Positions 1 through 7,799 of a DNA stretch of 64,000 bases are shown piece after piece (the first letter of the stretch is position 1; every line of letters begins with the position of its first letter). A program made the position numbers and the translations under genes. Below the pieces are notes generated by a model. It ran no database searches and had not been told where the DNA came from. It saw nothing but the letters and a program-made list of their open reading frames with translations. The stretch comes from an uncultured Candidatus Saccharibacteria bacterium (GTDB lineage: Bacteria; Patescibacteriota; Saccharimonadia; Saccharimonadales; UBA4665), in NCBI GenBank assembly GCA_964639505.1, contig CAZXDL010000001.1:78490-142489 (forward strand), read 5' to 3'.

Positions 1-537
1 GACCCAAAGCACGCCGATCAAAATATTCGTGATAATGTTGTTCTTCCGGCTGGTACCGGTAAGAGCGTACGGATAGCTGTCCTCACCGACGACCCTACTG
101 CAGCTAAAAAAGCTGGTGCAGATATTGCTGGCACGGATGACCTATTTGCAGCCCTCGATAAAGGCGTTATAAACTTTGATATCTTAATTGCTACGCCTGC
201 TTTGATGGCTAAACTTGGTAAATACGCCCGTGTATTGGGTCCTCGCGGTCTGATGCCGAATCCAAAGAGTGGCACTGTTGCAACAGATGTGGTTAAAGCT
301 ATCTCGGAAGCAAAAGGCGGCCGCGTTGAATACAGAGTGGACTCAACTGGTATTATTCACCTCGGAATCGGTAAAGTTAGCTTCACAGACGCTCAGTTGA
401 CTGAAAACTCACAGGCGGTAATTGCGAGTATAAAAAGTAATAAACCGCAGGGTATTAAGGGTAACTACTTTAAGTCTGTCTACATTACTTCAAGTATGGG
501 TCCATCCATAGCGGTCGATCTCTCAGCTCTCAACTAA
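1..537 (+). CDS. rplA: 50S ribosomal protein L1, 5' end cut by window edge
   Basis: Frame 1 is open from nt 1 (DPKHADQNIRDNVVLPAGTGKSVRIAVL...). It contains the L1 hallmark GPRGLMPNPKSGTV. The ORF track shows only the part from internal Met 202. Confidence 0.95.
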   Translation, partial: DPKHADQNIRDNVVLPAGTGKSVRIAVLTDDPTAAKKAGADIAGTDDLFAALDKGVINFDILIATPALMAKLGKYARVLGPRGLMPNPKSGTVATDVVKAISEAKGGRVEYRVDSTGIIHLGIGKVSFTDAQLTENSQAVIASIKSNKPQGIKGNYFKSVYITSSMGPSIAVDLSALN

Positions 538-555
538 CTAGCATTAGAACAATCT

Positions 556-1203
556 TTGCGTCATACTAAAGACAATATGGGGCATAAAAAAGGATTAATT
601 GTCTGCTTTGACGGGCCAGACGGTATTGGCAAAACCACTCAACTCAAACTTGCAGCTGATTCATTAACTAACGATGGCTATGACGTATATTCGGCCAAAG
701 CGGTCGGAGGCTTGCCGTTAACTGATGTGCTTGGTAGGGCACTGATGATGAACGAGAAACGTCCACCAGAAACCGATCTGCATGTGGCTATTGCCAGTCA
801 ATATGCTTTAGCACAAGAAATTTTACCGCGCCGCGAAGCGGGTCAGATTGTTTTACTCGACCGCAGCCCACTTTCTATAATTGCCTATCAAGTATTCGCA
901 GACGGGCTTGATAAAGAAACGGGCACTAGAGCAGTCAAAGAACTCCTAGACTTAATAAAACCTGATCTGTTAATTTCGTACTTTGCCGATGATCAAGTTG
1001 TTGAGTTGCGACGAAATCACAGAAACGGTCAGAGTGACCTGGATTTCTTTGAAAGTAAGCCACAAAAATACCACGAGCACGTAGCACAAGGCTTTAGAGA
1101 CGCCTCTGCAATGTTTGGAGCAAACGAGGTTGACGCGTCTGCTCCAATCGAGTTGGTGCGCGAGGCAACCATGCAATTAATAGGGGCGAAACTACAAACA
1201 TAA
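556..1203 (+). CDS. Thymidylate-kinase-like P-loop dNMP kinase (divergent)
   Basis: P-loop FDGPDGIGKTTQ, LLDRSPLSIIAYQ (Tmk DR-x region) and KPDLLISY. It lacks the usual T-R-E-P-G-G segment. TTG 556 is the longest start. ATG 577 (MGHKKGLIV) is an alternative. Confidence 0.7.
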   Translation: MRHTKDNMGHKKGLIVCFDGPDGIGKTTQLKLAADSLTNDGYDVYSAKAVGGLPLTDVLGRALMMNEKRPPETDLHVAIASQYALAQEILPRREAGQIVLLDRSPLSIIAYQVFADGLDKETGTRAVKELLDLIKPDLLISYFADDQVVELRRNHRNGQSDLDFFESKPQKYHEHVAQGFRDASAMFGANEVDASAPIELVREATMQLIGAKLQT

Positions 1204-1248
1204 GCGTCTAGAGCACTTATTTGCGTAAAAATCACATTACTATTTTAC

Positions 1249-1278
1249 TTGCGTAAATAATTGTCCCTCCACTACAAT
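1249..1278 (+). promoter_or_regulatory. Sigma70-type promoter for dcd: TTGCGT-18 nt-TACAAT
   Basis: TTGCGT at 1249-1254 and TACAAT at 1273-1278, about 16 nt upstream of GGAGGA (1294-1299) and GTG 1303. The same -35 hexamer is used in the atp promoter at 55786-55791. Confidence 0.5.
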
Positions 1279-1302
1279 AGAAGCAACACCTGTGGAGGAA
1301 TA

Positions 1303-2016
1303 GTGTCGGTATACAGCAACATACAAATTAGAGCAGCAATAGATGATGGGCACATTGTTTGCCACCCTTATGATCCAAAACATGTCAGCCACGCTAGCCT
1401 TGATGTAACTCTCGGTTATTATTTCTATCGTATAGAGCGAATGAATGATCGCACGCTGTATAATCCGTTCGACCCAGAAGATGTTGAGCGTTATTTTGAC
1501 GGACCATACAAGGCCATGCCGCACGGAGAGTGGTGCAAGCTGAACGGCTTCAAGCCAGTCAATAATATACCACTTGAACACCCCGTCATAAGCTTGAAGC
1601 CACGTGAACGGATTCTAGCTCATACGCACGAATTTTTTGGGATAAAACCCCCTGGCGCCTACGAACTTAAATCCCGTTCGAGCTGGGGGCGTAATGGTGT
1701 GGCTGTTTGTTTTGATGCGGGATGGGTTGACCCTGGCTACATCAACCGTCTAACGCTAGAAATCTACAATCTAAATGAACGCGAAACAGTGTTAATTCCT
1801 GTCGGTGAACGTATTGCGCAGGCGGTTTTCGTAGAAACCGGTGAAGTCGAGGGTAATTACGGCAAAGGTCGTGATGATGGCTTTAGTGGTAAATACCAAC
1901 AAGGCACCGATCTAGATACAATTATCAAAACTTGGTCGCCCGACATGATGCTCCCCAAAGCCTATAAAGATCGTCGTGCCATGCCACCAAAAATCGAAGG
2001 ATTACCTTATGAATAA
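1303..2016 (+). CDS. dcd: dCTP deaminase (dUTPase-fold), with C-terminal extension
   Basis: ASLDVTLG, DAGWVDPGYINRLTLEIYN and GERIAQAVF match Dcd motifs. The N-terminus VSVYSNIQIRAAIDDGHI aligns with the E. coli Dcd start. The start is set to GTG 1303 because GGAGGA lies just upstream and the predicted promoter overlaps the longer TTG 1261 start. Confidence 0.85.
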   Translation: MSVYSNIQIRAAIDDGHIVCHPYDPKHVSHASLDVTLGYYFYRIERMNDRTLYNPFDPEDVERYFDGPYKAMPHGEWCKLNGFKPVNNIPLEHPVISLKPRERILAHTHEFFGIKPPGAYELKSRSSWGRNGVAVCFDAGWVDPGYINRLTLEIYNLNERETVLIPVGERIAQAVFVETGEVEGNYGKGRDDGFSGKYQQGTDLDTIIKTWSPDMMLPKAYKDRRAMPPKIEGLPYE

Positions 2017-4318
2017 AGGCAAGTACATAGTTATTGAAGGTGCCGAAGGCGTCGGTAAGACAACTCAACTTCATGAACTTGCTCGTCGCCTGCAAGCGGC
2101 CGGCCTCCCAGTGCGCACTTTAAGAGAGCCAGATAGTCAGAGCGACTTAACAGCACGCGCAATTCGTCAGCTAACTCAAGATCCCCGCTATCCAATGAAT
2201 ACCCGCACAGAGGTCCTGCTATATAATGCTGCTCGATCGCAAAGTCTTCAAATAATTAAGCAAAGTATCGAACACGGAGTTATTTGTCTCGTAGATCGTA
2301 ACTACCTAACGACGCTTGCGATCCAGTATTATGGCCGTGGTGATGTACCTGATTACAATACAATTAACGGAATTATAAATTTTGCGGTTGGTGGCATAGA
2401 GCCCGACTTAACGATTGTGCTGGACGCACCAGTTAATTTGCTTCGAGATCGCCTCAAAGACCGTTACAATGGCGAGCGTTTCGACAATCTTGACGATGCT
2501 TTCTTAGAACGCGTTAGATCGGGTTATCTATGGGAAGCTAAGCAGAGAAACCTCCCAGTTGTTTTTGCTACCGACAATCCAGATAAAGTAGCGGACCAAA
2601 TTTGGAGCCTTGTCGCCAAACAGCTAGCCGTACGTGATACCACTAAGCCTACTGCAACCGCCGAACCAGCATCGGTAAAACAGATAATAGAGCAAAAAAC
2701 CACCCAAATTAGTGATTCCAAAGATGATCAACAATATGTGACTAAATCAGTAGACGGCATATACTCGGTAACTGACGAAGGGCGTGAGTATTTGAGAGAT
2801 GCGGTTACAGATGTCGATGGTGATGTTTACGTATTTACTGACAAACTTAGTCCGATAACAATCGCAGCTGCGATGGCACGTTTAAGCCGACGCAGTGATG
2901 ACATGCGCATAACCATACTAGATGAGTTTGCTGGTAAGGTAGATAAAGATGAGCAACTCTTACATCGAGTTATAACGGCCTATGGTGATGATTCTGTTCA
3001 ACAGCTAGGTGGTGTGCACTTCGTTATCGAAAATGCGTCTAATCTCCTCACTAAGAAGCTGGAATGGGGTAGATTAGCCGCCTATCTTGAGCAATCAACA
3101 CGTTACATTTATTTTGATCAAAAAGATACTAATGGCAAATATCGCTATCACACCCCACAACACCTTAAGCCTGAGTTAAAAAAGCAATACGAAGCCGCAA
3201 TGGACGCGATATTTGATATATATTCTGAGCTGGTCCATCAACTGACAGATTACGTACGTAATACTTCAACGACACCAGAAAAAGAACGAGATGGGGCGTG
3301 GCGTAGTGCAACAAAAGCCCAAGCCTGCGATGCTGTCCGTGATATTTTGCCAGTAGCCACCAAATCAACTGTAGGTATATATGCGTCAGGGCAGGCTTTC
3401 GAGAGCCTAATTATGCACCTAATTAGCGACGAATTGACCGAGGCACGGCTAACTGGCCAAAACTTGCTTAAGCAAGGCCGTAAAGTTATGCCAGTGTTTC
3501 TCGAAAGAGCAGATAAACCTGAGCGTGGTGGTGCCATGGTGGCCTATAGATCAAACACTGCAAAAGCAGTACAAGACCTCGCTAAACAATATCTACCAGA
3601 TAACTACGCAAACAGTGCAACAGAATCTGTTAACTTGGTTGATTATTGGCCCAAAAATGAGCTTTTACTCGTCGCCGACATGCTCTATGAGCACAGCAAC
3701 CAGTCGCAAGAACAAATTCAGTCAACTGTTAATTCTTGGACTTATGATCAAAAAACAGAGGTTTTTAAAGCCTATATGGGCGAACGTCTAAACCGACGTC
3801 ATCGACCAGGGCGAGCGCTCGAAAAGGCTCACTATAGCTGGGATTTAGTTTGTGATTATGGCATATTCCGAGATTTACAACGCCACAGGATGGTTGATGA
3901 TATGAATTGGCAGCTTTTAACCCCAAGATATGGCTATGATACTCCAAAACTTATTGAAGAGGCAGGATTATCCGATCAATTTGACCAAGCCTTTGATATT
4001 AGCTTAAAGCTATATTCGGTTTTGCAAGAAGCTGGACATCCACTAGACGCGCAATATGCGACGCTGATGGGCCACAAAATGCGCTGGAAAGTTACCTATA
4101 ACGCCCGCGAAGCTTTCCACCTACACGAGCTACGCACAACTCCACAAGGGCATCCCGGTTATCGTAAGCTTGTACTTGAAATGCACGAACGTCTGGCTGA
4201 AGTTCATCCCCTTTTGGCTGAAGCTATGATTTTTGTTAATAAAGATGAAGATCCTGAATTGACGCGCCTTGCGGCCGAACGCTATACACAGTTTAAGCTT
4301 CAAAAACTAGACAGGTAA
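2009..4318 (+). CDS. thyX: Fusion protein: thymidylate kinase (N-terminal) plus tandem-duplicated flavin-dependent thymidylate synthase ThyX
   Basis: N-terminal part: IEGAEGVGKTTQ, LREPDS, VDRNYLTTLAIQYYG, EPDLTIVLD (canonical Tmk). A T/P/A/Q-rich linker follows at about 2630-2750. Then two ThyX-like halves: GRLAAYLEQSTRY (3068-3106) and RHRMVDDMNWQLLTPRY (3881-3931), plus NAREAFHLHELRTTPQGHPGYR. ATG 2009 is preceded by GAAGGA (1996-2001) and overlaps the dcd stop by 8 nt. Confidence 0.85.
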   Translation: MNKGKYIVIEGAEGVGKTTQLHELARRLQAAGLPVRTLREPDSQSDLTARAIRQLTQDPRYPMNTRTEVLLYNAARSQSLQIIKQSIEHGVICLVDRNYLTTLAIQYYGRGDVPDYNTINGIINFAVGGIEPDLTIVLDAPVNLLRDRLKDRYNGERFDNLDDAFLERVRSGYLWEAKQRNLPVVFATDNPDKVADQIWSLVAKQLAVRDTTKPTATAEPASVKQIIEQKTTQISDSKDDQQYVTKSVDGIYSVTDEGREYLRDAVTDVDGDVYVFTDKLSPITIAAAMARLSRRSDDMRITILDEFAGKVDKDEQLLHRVITAYGDDSVQQLGGVHFVIENASNLLTKKLEWGRLAAYLEQSTRYIYFDQKDTNGKYRYHTPQHLKPELKKQYEAAMDAIFDIYSELVHQLTDYVRNTSTTPEKERDGAWRSATKAQACDAVRDILPVATKSTVGIYASGQAFESLIMHLISDELTEARLTGQNLLKQGRKVMPVFLERADKPERGGAMVAYRSNTAKAVQDLAKQYLPDNYANSATESVNLVDYWPKNELLLVADMLYEHSNQSQEQIQSTVNSWTYDQKTEVFKAYMGERLNRRHRPGRALEKAHYSWDLVCDYGIFRDLQRHRMVDDMNWQLLTPRYGYDTPKLIEEAGLSDQFDQAFDISLKLYSVLQEAGHPLDAQYATLMGHKMRWKVTYNAREAFHLHELRTTPQGHPGYRKLVLEMHERLAEVHPLLAEAMIFVNKDEDPELTRLAAERYTQFKLQKLDR

Positions 4319-4319
4319 G

Positions 4320-5027
4320 TTAAATGTCTCTGCCATCGAACTCAGCCAGATAATCTATTGCGGGGTTTGCAGTTGTCAGAGTATCATCAAGTTCTGCACC
4401 ACGAGTGGCAAAACCGATATCGATTTGTTTTTTGAAATCAACGAGCGCTTTAGGCTGCGGCAGAATTCTTAAAGGTGCTGGGCTAAAAGTTATAGTCGTT
4501 GTGGACTCATCTTGAGCACGTGCGACCATTAACTCGGCCAACTCTGTTGACGCAGTGTCTGTACCGCTAATTAACGCTGGGTTGGTTAAGACAACTAGTC
4601 TTTCTCCTTTTTTACTCGGAGGTGGCATAGCTAATACATGGCGAAAATGTGGTTGGCGACTGGTTGATTCATCGACTATAAGCATTCCGTCTGTCTGAAG
4701 GATGCGATCGGGATCACCGTCATGTCTTAGCGTCCACTCTCGTTCGATACCTCTAATTGCGCAACCTACAACCGACGCATATCTTAATGCTCGAGTAGTT
4801 ACCCAAGCATTAGCACCGTAAACTGTAGCACTAATAATTTTCGCACCTGCTTCTTTTGCAAGTATTGCATCTGAGTGGTCAATACCTTCGGCTCGCTTTT
4901 TTTTCAATTCCTCAAACAAATTTCGGCTTTTGATGTAATCGAGCGGGTCTATCTCAAACGCAAAAAAGTTCTCTATATGGTTAGGATCGTTTTTCGAAAG
5001 ATCGTGACGGGTCATGCCATTAGTCAT
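4320..5027 (-). CDS. Hypothetical protein (no motif recognised)
   Basis: Long ORF convergent with thyX. The start is moved from TTG 5063 to ATG 5027 because a full promoter (TTGACT-17-TATAGT) occupies 5063-5035. Confidence 0.6.
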   Translation of the reverse strand: MTNGMTRHDLSKNDPNHIENFFAFEIDPLDYIKSRNLFEELKKKRAEGIDHSDAILAKEAGAKIISATVYGANAWVTTRALRYASVVGCAIRGIEREWTLRHDGDPDRILQTDGMLIVDESTSRQPHFRHVLAMPPPSKKGERLVVLTNPALISGTDTASTELAELMVARAQDESTTTITFSPAPLRILPQPKALVDFKKQIDIGFATRGAELDDTLTTANPAIDYLAEFDGRDI

Positions 5028-5034
5028 GTAGTAT

Positions 5035-5063
5035 ACTATAACGTAGAACGACGTATAAGTCAA
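5035..5063 (-). promoter_or_regulatory. Sigma70-type promoter TTGACT-17 nt-TATAGT, 7 nt upstream of ATG 5027 (leaderless geometry)
   Basis: Minus strand reads TTGACT (5063-5058), a 17-nt spacer, TATAGT (5040-5035), 7 nt, then ATG (5027-5025). Confidence 0.6.
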
Positions 5064-5083
5064 GATTACCCATCTGGGTTGTA

Positions 5084-6202
5084 TTGATTTATGATGTAGT
5101 TGTTATGAAAACTGATAACGCAAGCGATCTTATCCAAAAATTGCAAGATTTAGTTGCATTTCAGACAGTTGAAGCAGCTCAAACTGAGCAAGCAGAATGC
5201 TTTGATTATATTGCTAACGAGCTGGCTGCTAGCAAAATAAATATTCGCCGAGGTTATAGTAATGAGTTGCCTTGGTTGGTTGCAACAACGCAAAATACCA
5301 AACAACCCAAAATTATCCTACAGGCTCACTTGGATGTTGTACCAGGAGCTCCTGAGATGTATGACATGATCAAGGTCGACGATAAACTTATAGGACGAGG
5401 GGTTTACGACATGAAATTTGCTGCAGCCTGCTATCTTCAACTCGTAACTGACCTAAGAGATGGGTTGGGAAATTACAATTTTGGGATAATGTTTACTTCT
5501 GACGAAGAGATTGGTGGCGAAAATGGGGTTGGCTACCTCTTAGATGAGGGCTACGGTGCGGAGATTTGTATCCTTCCGGATGGCGGGGATAACTGGACAC
5601 TCGAATCAGAGTGTAATGGCGTGTGGCTTGTAGAAATTATTGCTGCTGGTAAAACTGCGCATGGATCAAGGCCATGGGAAGGTGAAAACGCGATTATGAA
5701 GTTGATTAGCTGCCTAAATGATATCCAACGAGTATTCCCCATGGATGACCATGACAAAAGCACCCTTACGGTGAGTAGGATTAAAGGTGGTGAAGCCATG
5801 AATCAAGTTCCTGCTGTTGCAAAGGTAACACTAGATATGCGCTTTACAGATGAAGCCGCCTACAGTTCAAAACGGATTGAAGTTGAAACAATCATCCGGT
5901 CTGCCGGGCTCGAACTTGAGACCATTGCTCGAGTTGATAATGTGCGAGTAAATGTAGAACAACCAACAGTTGCTGAATTTATGCGCATAGCTGAATCGGT
6001 GCGAGGTAAACCAATTGATTGCGGTAGATCATATGGCTCTAGTGATGCACATTATTTTACGGCTAAAGGTATTCCAACAATTTTAATTCGTCCAGACGGG
6101 GGTGGAGCACATAGCGATCATGAATGGATCAACAAAGACAGCTTCCAAGAGTTCTACCGAGTCTTGAAAAGTTATGTGCAAGAAACCGCTAAGACAAGTT
6201 GA
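5084..6202 (+). CDS. M20 family metallopeptidase (ArgE/DapE-like)
   Basis: LQAHLDVVPG, GRGVYDMKFAAA and FTSDEEIGGENG are M20 metal-binding and catalytic motifs. TTG 5084 is the longest start. ATG 5105 (MKTDNASD) is an alternative. Confidence 0.85.
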   Translation: MIYDVVVMKTDNASDLIQKLQDLVAFQTVEAAQTEQAECFDYIANELAASKINIRRGYSNELPWLVATTQNTKQPKIILQAHLDVVPGAPEMYDMIKVDDKLIGRGVYDMKFAAACYLQLVTDLRDGLGNYNFGIMFTSDEEIGGENGVGYLLDEGYGAEICILPDGGDNWTLESECNGVWLVEIIAAGKTAHGSRPWEGENAIMKLISCLNDIQRVFPMDDHDKSTLTVSRIKGGEAMNQVPAVAKVTLDMRFTDEAAYSSKRIEVETIIRSAGLELETIARVDNVRVNVEQPTVAEFMRIAESVRGKPIDCGRSYGSSDAHYFTAKGIPTILIRPDGGGAHSDHEWINKDSFQEFYRVLKSYVQETAKTS

Positions 6203-6313
6203 CGTGTATTTCATCCTGTGGCAAGATAGTTTTATGTGCAAAAACAGAATGATTGAGGGAGAAATTATTAGTCTCGCATAGCGGGCGCCGTTTTTAGTTA
6301 TTTAAACAAAAAA

Positions 6314-6345
6314 AGCTCCCGTGAACCGGGGGCTTTTGTTTTTGT
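6314..6345 (+). terminator. Rho-independent terminator, probably bidirectional
   Basis: 8-bp stem AGCTCCCG / CGGGGGCT with loop TGAAC. It is preceded by an A-run and followed by TTTTGTTTTTGT. Confidence 0.7.
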
Positions 6346-6367
6346 TAATTTATGAAGAAAGATTGTT

Positions 6368-6592
6368 GTGGAAGATATAAATGATCGGCATTATAATCAG
6401 GGTCATCCGGTGGGGGAACCCATCAAAGAATATAAACGACGCTGGCTCGCTGGCATGATCGCCTCATCTGATGTACATGAAAATGAAAAGCGCAGTAGTT
6501 TTGCTCACATTGGTTTGGACTATGATTCCTACGTACTTGATGGTATAATCAAACATAAGTTGCCAGAGACAGCGACGGGCCACCAGCCTTAA
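6368..6592 (+). CDS. Small hypothetical protein (74 aa)
   Basis: GTG-initiated ORF bracketed by two terminator hairpins (6314-6345 and 6632-6666), which suggests its own transcription unit. No motif recognised. Confidence 0.35.
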   Translation: MEDINDRHYNQGHPVGEPIKEYKRRWLAGMIASSDVHENEKRSSFAHIGLDYDSYVLDGIIKHKLPETATGHQP

Positions 6593-6631
6593 TAAAGTCG
6601 CCGAGGTACAAACATCTATTTTGATAGTTTG

Positions 6632-6666
6632 AACGCCTCTGTCCAACAGTCAGGCGTTTTTGTTTG
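6632..6666 (+). terminator. Rho-independent terminator upstream of rplJ
   Basis: Stem AACGCCT (6632-6638) / AGGCGTT (6652-6658) with an inner CTG/CAG, followed by TTTTTGTTT. Confidence 0.65.
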
Positions 6667-6725
6667 GCAACATACAGCAAAGTTGGTCGATCAAGCTGTT
6701 TTAAGCAAGTAATTGGAGAAATTAC

Positions 6726-7250
6726 ATGGCATTAACCAAAAATAAGAAGCAAGAAGTTGTCGCAGAAGTGACAGATCTTCTAGCATCTTCAAAAATGACT
6801 GTTGTTGCTAAATATCAAGGCACAACAGTAAAAGCGATGCAAAGCCTTCGGCGAGATGCAAAAGCCAATGGCACCAAGGTTAAGGTCGTCAAAAACCGAC
6901 TTGTGGTGCAGGCATTAAAGTCCACTGATACATTCAAGGATACTGATGTCTCAGCCCTCGAAGGTATGCTGCTCTACGCTTTTAACGGAGAAGATGAGGT
7001 CGCTGCGGCTCAAGTGTTAAATACTTTTGCTAAAGCTAACCCAAGTCTTGAATTCATCGGTGCAATCAGTGCAGACGGTGAATTTATCGATGCAGCCAGC
7101 GTCAAAGCATTGGCCGGTCTACCTGGTAAAAACCAGCTATTGGCTGGCATAATCAACCTGCTTAATTCTCCTGTCAAGGGAGTCGTAGGCAGCCTAGGTG
7201 GTAATCTTCATGGCCTTTTACAAGGTCTTGAAGCCAAAGCCGCAAACTAA
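6726..7250 (+). CDS. rplJ: 50S ribosomal protein L10
   Basis: Typical L10 sequence (KKQEVVAEVTDLL...YQGTTVKAMQSLRR...). GGAG SD upstream. Followed by rplL. Confidence 0.95.
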   Translation: MALTKNKKQEVVAEVTDLLASSKMTVVAKYQGTTVKAMQSLRRDAKANGTKVKVVKNRLVVQALKSTDTFKDTDVSALEGMLLYAFNGEDEVAAAQVLNTFAKANPSLEFIGAISADGEFIDAASVKALAGLPGKNQLLAGIINLLNSPVKGVVGSLGGNLHGLLQGLEAKAAN

Positions 7251-7264
7251 TTTAAGGAGTCAAT

Positions 7265-7645
7265 ATGGCAAATGATCTAAAGAAAATCGCTAAAGAACTC
7301 GTTGGACTTACTGTTTTGGAAGTTAACGAGCTGGGCACCATCCTAAAGGATGAGTATGGTATTGAACCAGCCGCAGCAGCTGTCGCAGTTGCAGCTGGCC
7401 CCGCAGCCGATGCAGCACCTGCTGCAGAAGAGAAGAGTGAGTATGACGTCGTACTAAAAGACGCTGGCGCTCAAAAAGTAGCTGTAATCAAGGCAGTAAA
7501 AGACATTACCGGTCTTGGCCTTGGTGAAGCAAAAGCAATCGTTGACGGAGCTCCAAAGCCAGTCCTCGAGAAAGCCAAAAAAGAAGACGCTGAGGCAGCC
7601 AAGAAATCCTTGGAAGACGCTGGCGCCACCGTAGAACTCGCTTAA
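7265..7645 (+). CDS. rplL: 50S ribosomal protein L7/L12
   Basis: An Ala/Pro-rich hinge and a C-terminal domain [30 protein letters not shown]...[17 protein letters not shown] upstream. Confidence 0.96.
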   Translation: MANDLKKIAKELVGLTVLEVNELGTILKDEYGIEPAAAAVAVAAGPAADAAPAAEEKSEYDVVLKDAGAQKVAVIKAVKDITGLGLGEAKAIVDGAPKPVLEKAKKEDAEAAKKSLEDAGATVELA

Positions 7646-7665
7646 TAATTTGTTCTGCATAAATT

Positions 7666-7690
7666 AGCTGTCTGAAAAGGCAGCTTTTTT
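7666..7690 (+). terminator. Rho-independent terminator after rplL
   Basis: Stem AGCTGTC / GGCAGCT (one G-T pair), loop TGAAAA, followed by a T-run. Confidence 0.8.
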
Positions 7691-7723
7691 AATGTAAACT
7701 TTTCCACAGCTGTTGATGATATT

Positions 7724-7752
7724 TTGACATGATTTGTTGTTCGTGGTATTTT
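7724..7752 (+). promoter_or_regulatory. Candidate promoter TTGACA-17 nt-TATTTT
   Basis: TTGACA at 7724-7729 and TATTTT at 7747-7752, about 48 nt upstream of ATG 7800. Confidence 0.4.
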
Positions 7753-7799
7753 GAGGGGGAAAGTGTACTAATAAACACTATCGAGAGACAGAGACAGAT

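Noticed and set aside
1221-1257. 9-nt direct repeat TTGCGTAAA (1221-1229 and 1249-1257) upstream of dcd
   Set aside because: The second copy is explained as the -35 element of the TTGCGT-18-TACAAT promoter. The first may be a weaker tandem promoter. It does not match NrdR-box or other operator patterns I know.
6593-6725. Possible ribosomal L10 leader (autoregulatory RNA) upstream of rplJ
   Set aside because: Apart from a terminator-like hairpin (6632-6666), I cannot identify the conserved L10-leader structure by eye. It is reported only as a terminator.
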